DNA of 63,820 nucleotides, filler included, from Octopus bimaculoides (GCF_001194135.2; 5 parts of 4 records of this genome joined end to end with filler, not necessarily neighbours in it); one strand, 5' to 3'. Positions 1 through 11,345 are shown, counted from the first letter of the whole stretch. The notes: generated from the letters alone by a model not told the origin. Numbers and translations: made by a program.

Positions 1-2
1 GA

Positions 3-390
3 TCCACGTTTACATCCCTTTTGCTCATTAGGGAATATGCTACTTTCTATTAAAAAACTATAGGTGTACTCGGTTAGGACAGATGTTAGCGTCTTATACA
101 TTGTTGTTAAGCAGGTTATGGGGCGATAATTTTTTGGTTCGTTTGTTTCCTCATTTTTTGGAAGCAGGAATGTTAAACCATTAACTAGCCAAGAGGGCAT
201 CAAACTAGGGTTTTGCAAAACATCGTTGTAAAGTTTTGTTAGCAGTTCATGGCTTTCTGGGAAGGCATTCAACCAGAAGTTAGGAATTTTATCCTTTCCT
301 GGAGACTTCCATTTGCTTGACCTCCTGAGAGCAGATCTTATATCTTCTACCCTGACCCCCTCCCACTTTTGCTCCCACTTTTGCTCCCAC

Positions 391-392
<2 letters not shown>
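3..392 (-). mobile_element. R4/Dong-clade non-LTR retrotransposon, N-terminal RT region; stop-free and running off the window edge
   Basis: Manual minus-strand translation of 356..3 gives 118 stop-free codons: VRVEDIRSALRRSSKWKSPGKDKIPNFWLNAF...PKNYRPITCLTTMYKTLTSVL...FPNEQKGCKRG (SPGxD, NYRPI and EQKG motifs). The 5' junction has an in-frame 12-bp tandem duplication (CTCCCACTTTTG, 360-391) and abuts (TTA)n. The fragment is absent from the ORF track. Confidence 0.85.

Positions 393-464
<72 letters not shown>
391..464. repeat. (TTA)n microsatellite
   Basis: Perfect trinucleotide run lying between the LINE fragment and a SINE head. Confidence 0.98.
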
Positions 465-680
465 GACGAGGAGCTGGCAGAATCGTTAGTACACCGGGCA
501 CATTGCTTTGCGGCAGTTCATCCGTTTTTACGCTCTCAGTTCAAATTCCGCCGAGGCTAACTTTGCCTTTCATCCTTATGGGGTCGATAAAATAAGTACC
601 AGTGAAACACTGGGTTCTATGTAATCGACTAGTTCCCTCCCCCAAAATTTTTAAACTTTGTGCCTGTTGTAAAAAGGATT
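465..680 (+). mobile_element. tRNA-derived SINE, family A
   Basis: A-box-like TGGCAGAATCGTTAG, B-box-like CAGTTCAAATTCC, conserved core CTTTGCCTTTCATCCTT..GGGGTCGATAAAATAAGTACCAG and an (ATT)n tail. At least 14 related copies occur in the window. Confidence 0.85.
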
Positions 681-684
681 ATTA

Positions 685-733
<49 letters not shown>

Positions 734-734
<1 letters not shown>

Positions 735-1260
735 TGGTGAGTGAGACACTGGGGTAAAATATATGAAGCCAAGTATACCCATCGTGACTATCCATCTGAT
801 AAGGGTACACCAGGCACATGCATCACAACCATATGTGCGCGACATGATGATCTCATATCAAGATAAATATCAGGTGGAGCCCAGTTAGAATTTTCTTCAT
901 GTCGAGTAGCCCATTTTGCTGAAATGATCCTTGAATTAGGTTTGTTTAAGGATGATGAGCAAAACACCTATATTTCCAGTGGTTAATTATTCAAACTCCA
1001 AAGAATTCTTCTCAACACTTGGCTATGGTGCTCCCCCACTACTCCTGCTCGTGATCAGAGACGCACATATCGTCAGCCACCAAATGGCATGCTCAACTGG
1101 TTAAGGTAAAACAACTGGCAAAGCAAATATGTGGTATTAAGCAGAATATTTGCTGTAGCCCATGTTTTATGCCAAGACAAAGCAATGTACATCATAACAC
1201 TTCCAATCAGTTAAGATCAGAAGCCATGAGAGCCACTTACTGGTACTGCATCAGGACATT
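734..1260 (-). mobile_element. Unclassified ~0.53-kb non-coding element flanked by (AAT)n on both sides (copy 1)
   Basis: Reverse complement aligns end to end with 44568-45116, e.g. shared GATATGAGATCATCATGTCGCGCACATATGGTTGTGATGCATGTGCCTGGTGTACCCTT. No tRNA A/B boxes or credible ORF seen. Confidence 0.75.
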
Positions 1261-1261
1261 T

Positions 1262-1263
<2 letters not shown>

Positions 1264-1354
<91 letters not shown>

Positions 1355-1364
1355 TAATAATAAT
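1264..1364. repeat. (ATT)10 directly followed by (AAT)n: a self-complementary microsatellite junction
   Basis: Seen directly; the strand switches at about 1293/1294. Confidence 0.95.
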
Positions 1365-1366
1365 AC

Positions 1367-1518
1367 TTACTATCATTGCCTTTGCACAGCTTCTAACGCT
1401 GGAGATGTACTACAGTGTCAGCTGTTCACTACCAGAGAGCTAAGGTAACACCTCTTATTTTTCGAGCACCTTCCGGATTATTCGAGCGGTTCCAAGCAGT
1501 GCTGTTTTCTGCAAGTGT
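1367..1518 (-). mobile_element. 3' end of an R4/Dong-like LINE (ORF C-terminus plus 3' UTR)
   Basis: Minus strand reads LQKTALLGTARIIRKVLEK* (stop 1457-1455), paralogous to VQKIVLMGTAHILRKILSM* ending at 11493. A short 3' UTR follows, ending in a degenerate AAT tail. Confidence 0.75.
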
Positions 1519-2030
1519 CGTTGGTTCAGCTGTGCCGATTCTGTCCATAAGAATGGAACAAATAATACAACGTGGCTGTAGGTCATAACATCCGGACAAC
1601 ACCGGGATGCATTGCTAGTATTAATTAAAATTGAGAAGAGCGTTCTCTAAATACAAAAGAAAGGCTATAAACCGTCACATCGACAAAAGCATCCAAGATT
1701 CTTTCCCAACAGAAACTGTTTTTACTGTGAATATAAAGTATTTCAATCAAATATATAAAGATTCAAATATTAAAAGATACAGCAAGATGCTTGGAGGAAA
1801 TATATACCAAAAACAACAACTACAATCCAAAATTGCTATTGGGTTAAAAGGAAGGGTGGGGAAATATTACAGGAGCTAGGCATTGTCCATTATAACTGAT
1901 AAGGAACTCGCCAACACAAGAAACAAGAAAGTACTTGGTGTTGACAAGTCACGAGTTTCTGGTAGGTGCGCATGAACACTATCGATGGATTTATGGTAGC
2001 AACATTGAATGGAGTAACAAAGCAGGATGA

Positions 2031-2262
2031 AGGCGGCGAGCTGGCAGAAACGTTAGCACGCCGGGCGAAATGCTTAGCGGTATTTCGTCTGCCGCTACGT
2101 TCTGAGTTCAAATTCCGCCGAGGTCAACTTTGCCTTTCATCCTTTCGGGGTCGATTAAATAAGTACCAGTTACGCACTGGGATCGATATAATCGACTTAA
2201 TCCGTTTGTCTGTCCATGTTTGTCCCCTCTGTGTGTAGCCCCTTGTGGGCAGTAAAGAAATA
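2031..2262 (+). mobile_element. SINE family A, subfamily with a Tx1-like tail; 7-bp TSD
   Basis: Head GGCGGCGAGCTGGCAGAAACGTTAG, B box GAGTTCAAATTCC, tail GTAGCCCCTTGTGGGCAGTAAAGAAATA. AGGATGA occurs at 2024-2030 and 2263-2269. Confidence 0.9.
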
Positions 2263-2282
2263 AGGATGATGGTGTAGAACAG

Positions 2283-2366
2283 GTGATAGTGCCACGTAAA
2301 AATGGCACTAGTGATAGTTCTACGTAAAATGCACTGGTGATGATGCCACATAAAAAGCACTGATGA
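2283..2366. repeat. Imperfect ~27-bp minisatellite, about 3 copies
   Basis: Units resemble GTGATAGTGCCACGTAAAAATGGCACTA. Confidence 0.7.
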
Positions 2367-2610
2367 TGGGTCCCAAGTCCATAGACTTCTCAAGTCCAGC
2401 AAAACTGTAGGCCACTGTACTAAGGCTGATATTAGAATAATACTGCCCTGTACACAAGGGACACTTCATTGAATATGACGGTTCAAAGTGAACGAACGCT
2501 GTGGTTTTGCTGAGATTTGACAGTTGTTTCTAGCAGATAAGCTGATGATTTTGAAACTTAGTCGTTGGTTCATACATTGTTAGCCTTGCTATTGTTATTG
2601 TTGCTACCTG

Positions 2611-3060
2611 GGCGACGAGCTAGCAAAATTATTAGCACGCCGGACAAAATGTTTAGCGGCATTTCGTCTGTCTTTACGTTCTGAGTCCGAATTCCACGGA
2701 GGTTGACTTTGCCTTTCATTCTCTCGGGGATGAACTAAGTACCAGTGGAGCACTGGGTGCCGATGTAATTGACTAGCCCCCTCCCTTCAAAATTTTAGGT
2801 CTTATACCTATAGTAGAAAACATTGTTATTACTGCTGCTATTAAGGCAGAAAGTTGGCAGAATCGTTAGTACTCCGGAAAAAATGCTTAGCGGCATTTCG
2901 TCCGCCTTTACTTCCTGAGTTCAAATTTCACCGAGATGGACTTTGCATCTCATTCTTTAGGAGTCGATAAAAATAAGTACCAGTTGAGTACTGGAGTCGG
3001 TTAAACCGACTTCCCCGCCTCAAAATTGCTGGCCTTGTGCCAAAATAAGAAAGGATTATT
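2611..3060 (+). mobile_element. Two head-to-tail SINE-A copies (2611-2825 and 2845-3060)
   Basis: Each has head, B-box region, core and a degenerate (ATT) tail. Confidence 0.85.
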
Positions 3061-3507
3061 ATTGTTGCTATGGCTGCTTCAATAGTTATTGCGGTTATTA
3101 GTATTTTTCGTGGAATTCTTGCCAAATTGGTATGATAAAATTAAATTAATGTTTATCATTTTATTGTTCTTTTATAACTTCTCTCTTGTATTAAATATCA
3201 TTGCTTCAGTAATTTGCAAGTCATTGCGTACGATTACAACTTATTGTACTGAAATACTGCAGTACAAAGATTAAATCATATATATTTTTGTAGGGGGAAA
3301 AAACATACACACCAATACATGTGGATGTACATATCAAGTAAACATGCGAGAAATCAGACGCCCTCAGACACACATACACACACATGCATACACAAACACG
3401 CGCGCGCACATACACACACACACAAGCACATCTGAATACGTGTTAGACAAACCTCCACACAGACGAGCACATAATTATATAGTCTCTCTTACTCACTCGC
3501 TTTCGCC

Positions 3508-3573
<66 letters not shown>

Positions 3574-3832
3574 NNNNNNNNNNNNNNNNNNNNNNNNNNN
3601 NNNNNNNNNNNNNNNNNNNNNNNNNNNNNNNNNNNNNNNNNNNNNNNNNNNNNNNNNNNNNNNNNNNNNNNNNNNNNNNNNNNNNNNNNNNNNNNNNNNN
3701 NNNNNNNNNNNNNNNNNNNNNNNNNNNNNNNNNNNNNNNNNNNNNNNNNNNNNNNNNNNNNNNNNNNNNNNNNNNNNNNNNNNNNNNNNNNNNNNNNNNN
3801 NNNNNNNNNNNNNNNNNNNNNNNNNNNNNNNN

Positions 3833-3894
<62 letters not shown>

Positions 3895-4057
3895 CAAACA
3901 CACGCATATATATATGCAAACAAACACACACACATATATATATATACACACACATATATGCACATTTATTTATTATATACATACATATGCGTGCCTGTGT
4001 GTAAACATATATATACAAACACACATACACACACATAAACACACGCACATACACAGA

Positions 4058-4119
<62 letters not shown>

Positions 4120-4589
4120 CATGTTTGGCTCTTATACAATTCTTTGAGTTCGTCCTATAAACAAGATGGTTTCTAACTAAGATAATAACCAATATAAATA
4201 TTTACATCTTGAATAGCAGAATAGCCTTGCATATTGCTCACAGAGTAAATTTGTAGAATATTAGTCCGGAGTTTACTATCTGTGTCTGAAAACTCCAAAT
4301 TTTCTAGAACCATTATTTAAGCACTTTGTAACACCTGTAGCTATATCAATGATTATTTCCACACGTGTAAATTTATAAACTGACTAGAAAAGTTGCTAGA
4401 TTTTAAAGCAGTTGACTATCAATGTTTGTCCCATTAATTTTTAATGAGATGTTTATATGTGTAGAATAGCTGACCCTTGCAAAAATACACAGATATTGGT
4501 TTCTGTCTTCAAAATTATATCAGGACTGTTGAATTTTTCCTTAACGTATATTTAATAGGACTATTCCATCAATATTAGCTAAACATGTA

Positions 4590-4792
4590 AGGTAGTGAGC
4601 TGGCATAAATGTTAGCATTCAGGACAAATGCTTAGCGGCATTTCGTCCGTCTTTCCGTTTTGAGTTCAAATTCCGCTGAGGACGACATTGTCTTTCGTTC
4701 TGCGGAGTCGATAATATAATTACCAGTTGAGCACTGCAGTCGATGTAATCGACTTACCACCACCCGAACATGCTGGCCTTGTGCCAAAATTT
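4590..4792 (+). mobile_element. SINE family A
   Basis: GAGCTGGCATAAATGTTAGC ... GAGTTCAAATTCCGC ... GGCCTTGTGCCAAAATTT. Confidence 0.8.
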
Positions 4793-4809
4793 TAGATTAA
4801 TATTACTTA

Positions 4810-4920
4810 TGCGCTTGCCCTAGTGGTTAGAGTGTCACGATCGTTAGGTCGTGGGTTCGATTTCCGAACCGGCCAGCGCGTTTGGCTCTTGAGCAAAACA
4901 CTTCATTTTACGTTGCTCTG
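4810..4920 (+). mobile_element. SINE head with CORE-like segment, truncated
   Basis: A box TAGTGGTTAG, B box GGTTCGATTTCC, then CTTGAGCAAAACACTTCATTTTACGTTGCTC shared with 8852-9164 and 33475-33796. Confidence 0.7.
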
Positions 4921-6033
4921 CGGGCGGGAGAGTTTCAGATTCGTTCGCGTGTCGACAGAAATGCTTTACGGTATATCTTCCGGCTCTCTACGTTCTGAGT
5001 TCAAATTCCATCTAGCTAGAGAAGGCTACAGGAAACTACCCCAGTATTCATACCAAGTCTAGTCATGGCAACCAAAGTTCCAGTAATCTACTTAACTGAG
5101 ACAGGAGAGGATACTGGTCCCGTCAGATCGTACAGAGAGTGCAGGAGAAGGCTCACTTGCAAAGGACCAGCCCAACTGTAGACCACTGTTAGACTAGATT
5201 AGGTTACTAATGCTTGCATGTATGAATATATTCAACATCAAATATACTTTATTTTTATTTGCCGAAAACAGTTCTTCCAACGGGTGTTATTATGCTTTAT
5301 ATTCTATCTTTTACTTGTTTTATTTATTGGACTGCGGTTATGCTGGAGCAGTACCTTGAATGGTTTATGTTGTAAGTCTGATACTAATTGTATCGGTCGC
5401 AAAAGAAAACAACACCGGTTTCACGTGGTGGTGTGGACAAATATAAAAACACATACACACATGCATATATTGATACATATGCATACATATTCCAACGATG
5501 GAATCTTAGCTTGATACAGAGGAAGAATTCAAACAATTAAACAGAAGAAATTGAACGTATAATAGACGTTATTTGTGTTTGTGAGTGAATTTGGTACACG
5601 GAAACTAAAAGAAGACTGTCGTGTGTGTGTATGTATGTATGTATGTATGTATGTATGTGTGTCTTTGNNNNNNNNNNNNNNNNNNNNNNNNNNNNNNNNN
5701 NNNNNNNNNNNNNNNNNNNNNNNNNNNNNNNNNNNNNNNNNNNNNNNNNNNNNNNNNNNNNNNNNNNNNNNNNNNNNNNNNNNNNNNNNNNNNNNNNNNN
5801 NNNNNNNNNNNNNNNNNNNNNNNNNNNNNNNNNNNNNNNNNNNNNNNNNNNNNNNNNNNNNNNNNNNNNNNNNNNNNNNNNNNNNNNNNNNNNNNNNNNN
5901 NNNNNNNNNNNNNNNNNNNNNNNNNNNNNNNNNNNNNNNNNNNNNNNNNNNNNNNNNNNNNNNNNNNNNNNNNNNNNNNNNNNNNNNNNNNNNNNNNNNN
6001 NNNNNNNNNNNNNNNNNNNNNNNNNNNNNNNNN

Positions 6034-6062
<29 letters not shown>

Positions 6063-6065
<3 letters not shown>

Positions 6066-7412
6066 GGATTGGACAAAATAATGGAAACACCTAGCATCAT
6101 AGCATCATAATTTTGAAATATCTATAAAACAATCAAAAGCTTGTTTATTTTTATGCTTTTTTTTTTTATTATTAGTGTTGCTTAATATGTTTTGCTAAAA
6201 TTACTGTTTCTTTCGAGATATCATCAGAAAAAGGTAATTAAAATTCATTAAAGTGACAAATCTATCGAACGTTCAAAGAGGTCAAATTGTTGGTGCTCAT
6301 ATGGCAGGCGCTAGCGTAACGAAAACAGCCGAAATGTTTGGTGCATCTAGAAATACTGTCTCGAAAGTAATGACAGCCTTTGAGAGAGGGGGAAAAACCT
6401 CCTCGTCAAAACAAACTTTCAGATAGAGACTGTCAGACTCTTATGTCAATTGTTAGAAAGGATCACAAAATTACAGCTCACAAAATTACTGCAGAGTTTA
6501 ATGACCACTTTGAGAACCCAGTTTCCACAAAGACTGTTCGCCGGAAGCTGCACAAAGCTGGATTTTACGGGAGGGCTGCAATCAGGAAACCACTACTTTC
6601 AAAAACAAACGTTGCAAAGCGTTTAGAGTGGAGTAAAAACCTACAGAATCGGTCCCGAGAGCAGTGGAAGAATGTTATTTTCTCCGACGAGTCATCCTTT
6701 ATCTTATTCCGACCACTGGCCAAGTATACGTGTGGAGACAGCCAAAAGAAGCACTTGAACCAGACTGTCTTCTTCCAACTGTTAAACATGGAGGAGGATC
6801 TGTGATGATCTGGGGGGGGGGGCTATATCTTGGAAATCCACCGGCCCAATGGTTTCCCTTAATAAGCAGAATTAATAGTCAAAACTATTTGAGCATTTTC
6901 TCTGATCAAGTTCATCGTATGGTTGCGAAAGTGTTTCCGGAGGGAAACGCAATCTTTCAGGATGATAATGCGCCAATTCACACAGCTAAAGTTGTTACTC
7001 AATGGCACGCGGAACGTTCTAGTGACGTTGAACATCTTATCTGGCCACCACAGTCCCCAGATCTCAATGTTATTGAACATTTATGGTCCATTTTAGAAAA
7101 AAAGTTAAGGAGTCGATATCCTCCATCATCATCACTACAAGAACTGGAGACTGTTTTAGCTGAAGAATGTACAAAAATTCCTTTGTAAACAATTTAAACA
7201 TTGTACGACTCCATACCTCGTAGAATTCAAGCTGTATTTACTGCCAAAGGTTGTCCTACACCATATTAAAATAAATTTGTTTAAAATTTAAAGATCTTTN
7301 NNNNNNNNNCGTAGAATTCAAGCTGTATTTACTGCCAAAGGTTGTCCTACACCATATTAAAATAAATTTGTTTAAAATTTAAAGATCTTTCCATTATTTT
7401 GTTCAACCCCTG
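6063..7412 (+). mobile_element. Near full-length Tc1-family DNA transposon with DD36E spacing (Incomer-like)
   Basis: TIRs CAGGGATTGGACAAAATAATGGAAA (6063-6087) and TTTCCATTATTTTGTTCAACCCCTG (7388-7412), each flanked by TA. About 1.26 kb after removing an assembly-duplicated 81 bp. Confidence 0.92.
6253..7269 (+). pseudogene. Disrupted Tc1 transposase
   Basis: Pieces: (V)TNLSNVQRGQIVGAHMAGASVTKTAEMFG (HTH); RKPLLSK...VIFSDESSF; FQDDNAPIH...WPPQSPDLNVIEHLW; ends GCPTPY*. The start appears mutated to GTG, there are frameshifts, and a premature stop lies at 7186-7188. Confidence 0.9.
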
Positions 7413-7467
<55 letters not shown>

Positions 7468-7812
7468 TCATTCCTTGGTTTCCTTAATAGATGTTTGCTG
7501 GAATAAATCATAGAAAAATACAAACACAATTACCAAAAAATGTTGAAAATTCCAAGCTGCATTCTAATAACAAATGTCTACACAGACTTTGTCCTTTTAT
7601 CTAGGCACTGGCATACAATTTTCCGGTAAAATATAAATCATATAAACAGTGTTTTTAGTGTCAAGCCATAATTACAAAGGTGAGATTCTAACCAGACCTA
7701 CATTTCTTTCTATTCGTCGAAATTCTAACTACATAATATCGTACGTGTGAAGGAGTATAAAATATTAGTTTATATGACCTTAGCACATACACACGCAATG
7801 TGTGTGTGTGTT

Positions 7813-7863
<51 letters not shown>

Positions 7864-8063
7864 GTGTGTGTTTAGTTTTTACGTTTTTCTCTCTTTACTT
7901 TGGAATCACCATAGTTACTGGAGTGTATTAAATGACACTGCTCGTAAATAAACAAATCAATAATAGACAATAAACAAGAATATTTAGTTGACAAACAACT
8001 CTTTCTATGTGCATTACCTGTATGTATGTGTGTGTGTGTATGTTCACATCTATATGTGTGTGT

Positions 8064-8108
<45 letters not shown>

Positions 8109-8851
8109 NNNNNNNNNNNNNNNNNNNNNNNNNNNNNNNNNNNNNNNNNNNNNNNNNNNNNNNNNNNNNNNNNNNNNNNNNNNNNNNNNNNNNNNNNNNN
8201 NNNNNNNNNNNNNNNNNNNNNNNNNNNNNNNNNNNNNNNNNNNNNNNNNNNNNNNNNNNNNNNNNNNNNNNNNNNNNNNNNNNNNNNNNNNNNNNNNNNN
8301 NNNNNNNNNNNNNNNNNNNNNNNNNNNNNNNNNNNNNNNNNNNNNNNNNNNNNNNNNNNNNNNNNNNNNNNNNNNNNNNNNNNNNNNNNNNNNNNNNNNN
8401 NNNNNNNNNNNNNNNNNNNNNNNNNNNNNNNNNNNNNNNNNNNNNNNNNNNNNNNNNNNNNNNNNNNNNNNNNNNNNNNNNNNNNNNNNNNNNNNNNNNN
8501 NNNNNNNNNNNNNNNNNNNNNNNNNNNNNNNNNNNNNNNNNNNNNNNNNNNNNNNNNNNNNNNNNNNNNNNNNNNNNNNNNNNNNNNNNNNNNNNNNNNN
8601 NNNNNNNNNNNNNNNNNNNNNNNNNNNNNNNNNNNNNNNNNNNNNNNNNNNNNNNNNNNNNNNNNNNNNNNNNNNNNNNNNNNNNNNNNNNNNNNNNNNN
8701 NNNNNNNNNNNNNNNNNNNNNNNNNNNNNNNNNNNNNNNNNNNNNNNNNNNNNNNNNNNNNNNNNNNNNNNNNNNNNNNNNNNNNNNNNNNNNNNNNNNN
8801 NNNNNNNNNNNNNNATATATATATATATATATATATATATAAAGGGTAAAG

Positions 8852-9164
8852 CCCCCCCACCCATGAATGACCATGGGATTGCACCTAGAAAGTTCCACTC
8901 CGAAGCACAAGTCCGGGCAAGGTATTTTGTGGAAAACCAGCAGTCGGCCATGCATACCAGCCTCCTCTATCCACGTCACTGATGCTATCCAAGGAAAAGT
9001 CAAAGGCTGATACAGCTTGGCACCAGTGATGCTGCAGCTGAGTGAACTGGAGCAATGTGAAATAGTGTCTTGCTCAAGAACACAACACACAGCCTGGTCC
9101 GGGAATCGAACTCACTACCACATGATTATGACCTCGACGCTCTAACCCATGGGCCGTGCGCCCT
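8852..9164 (-). mobile_element. tRNA/CORE-type SINE, family D
   Basis: Reverse complement has head GGGCGCACGGCCCATGGGTTAGAGC, B box GAGTTCGATTCCC, CORE-like TGTGTTCTTGAGCAAGACAC and a distinct tail. Confidence 0.75.
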
Positions 9165-9173
9165 CACATGTGT

Positions 9174-9209
<36 letters not shown>

Positions 9210-9559
9210 AGTTTGGTTTGGTTCCGCGTTGCTTCAAGTTTCGTAGTCCTCTTACGGGAGCCTGACTCCTTCAGGCTTCTGCAATATCAATGTATTATCG
9301 AGCACACATACTCAAAGAACCGTCCCAATTTGTTCGCCGGTAGGCTGCGAATTGACACGGTGGAGATGACTCTCTCAAAGTGCCGAGTCATGACAACTGA
9401 AAGTCATGGCTAGGCAAGACATCTCATCCCAAATCACATCCAGGAACGGTGGATATCGACGTTTCGCCGTTTATAGGGTTTATCAACATCACTTGCCTGA
9501 ATCGAATCGGAGGAGAACTGAATAGCTTGACCATGACTATATGCAGATAGCTCTTGTAC

Positions 9560-9872
9560 CATCTTGCATGGTTTCTGGGATCTTTCAGAGGCAGAAAAAA
9601 TGGTACCAAGCTACACATATGGAGATCTTTCGCTCTCAGTCGTCTGAATTACTCCTCCTAATTTTGATCACCGCAGAGCGTCAAGCTGATTGCGGAACTT
9701 GAGGCAATCCAGAGCCACTACGCAAAGAAGATTCGGCTGCTGCAACGGATTAACTACTGGGAGAGGTTAAAAGAACTGAATTTGTACTTCCTAAAGAATA
9801 GACGTGAAAGATATGTGGTTACATATATACGGTTTATTCTAGAAAGTCTTGTTCCTAACTTTGAAAATATAC
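9560..9872 (+). mobile_element. CR1/L2-group LINE fragment (post-RT region), decayed
   Basis: Translates as WRSFALSRLNYSS*F*SPQSVKLIAELEAIQSHYAKKI...NYWERLKELNLYFLKNRRERY, the characteristic 'Y.ERL..L.L.SL..RR.R' region. Confidence 0.75.
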
Positions 9873-9932
9873 CAAAGCTCCCATCTTCTCCATCTAGAAT
9901 TAGGTTAGAAACCCACTTGTGTTCCTCTTCTG

Positions 9933-9981
<49 letters not shown>

Positions 9982-10454
9982 TTCACCATTTACGTTCGTA
10001 TATGCATATGTGTGTGTGTGTATGTGTGTTTGTATATGCGTACATGTGGTCTTGAGAGAACATCATGTATAAATATCAAATGCTTAAACGCACATAATTA
10101 TCAGTAGCTGGGGGAAATTGTCTAGCATCGGTGATAGAACTGCTAGATCACCTTATTTCGGCGCGTTTATGCTTCATCAGAAGCATGTATCCACTATCAC
10201 TATTGGTGGTCAAACCTCGCTTCCTCTGATATTTAGAAAAACAATGAATGTTCAAGCAGAGGCATTGCAAATAACATTTAAGCGCTAAACTTCTATACAG
10301 TATGCCTTCTCAAAATGAGTACCGCTATATTAGAGCATCCTTAAACTACATCCACGCTTAGTAAGATATAAAGATTGCTATTCAGTGCTAACAAAAAAGT
10401 ACTAATAATATATGCGAGTGTTTAAGGTAATATTTGTTGATAAAGAAGAATATT

Positions 10455-10644
10455 GGTTTAAAATTTTGGCACAAAGCCAGCAAGTTCAGGGAACTTGTCT
10501 TATCAACTAGTATTTATTTTATCGACCCCAAAAGTATAAAAAGCAAAGTCAACCTCAGAGAAATTTTAACACAGAACGTAAATGTAGATCATATGTCACT
10601 AAGCATTTTCCCAGCGTGCTAACGATTCTGCCACCTTGCTACCT
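10455..10644 (-). mobile_element. SINE family A, diverged
   Basis: Core TTTATCGACCCC...AAAGTCAACCTC and head GTGCTAACGATTCTGCCA on the plus strand. Confidence 0.75.
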
Positions 10645-10779
10645 GAAAACGAGGAGAAGGTTAAAAGATGATTCTTTTGAAAAGGTCATAAAACAGGGGA
10701 AATAACTAGGAAGGTTACTGAAATCAAAAAATATGCCCGTAAAACAGATTTATTATCAGACTATTAACGATACTGTGTA

Positions 10780-11345
10780 TCGTATAATTGGAAGCGAGTG
10801 TGGTATTGATTAGGCGCAGGATAGTGGTACAGTGTGTTTAAATGTTGTGAGATAAGTGAATAAAGGGAATATGTTATTTAGAATTGATATGTAAAGAGAA
10901 ACGAAAATCAAACCAAATTTAATTAAATTTTGAAAAACACATTTACAGACGGTGTAGGTAAGCTAGGGAGATAAAGATATATGAATAAAGGAAAAGTAGT
11001 GTAAGCTGCAGTAAAGAAGGAATAGAATTAAAAAAAGAAGATTGAATTGATTATAGAGTTACGTTATACATAGGCAATACTTAATGTGTATTGTGTTCTA
11101 AGGAGTGGGGAAGCGACAGTTAAATGAGGCGGTAATTGATATTAAATAGGAGAGAGAGAGAGCTTCAAGCGATATCACCGGAATAAAATGGAAGAATAAA
11201 TTATATTAAATTAATTGAAATGGATTAGCAGGATGTGTGAAAACCATGTTAGAAGGTTTAAATCGATGAAGTAGGCGAGCCTATTACGTGAGTGTGGTCG
11301 GAGAAGTAGCTGGAAGAAGCAAATCTATAGAATCGAGATAAAAGA
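10780..11345 (-). repeat. Unclassified ~0.6-kb interspersed repeat, copy 1
   Basis: Reverse complement aligns colinearly with 15055-15780, e.g. CCTATTTAATATCAATTAC(C/T)GCCT(C/T)ATTTAACTGTCGCTTCCCC and GCTAATCCATTT(C/T)AATTAATTTAATATAATTTAT. Confidence 0.75.

Noticed and set aside
1560-2030. ORF 1631..1879 and surrounding DNA as a gene
   Set aside because: No recognisable domain or splice pattern.
2542-2556. CTGATGA-TTTT-GAAA hammerhead-like core (also 19281-19299)
   Set aside because: No stem II and no stem I/III pairing; expected by chance.
7219-7390. 81-bp direct repeat near the Tc1 right end
   Set aside because: Identical copies (7219-7299 and 7310-7390) flank a 10-N gap; this is an unmerged contig overlap.
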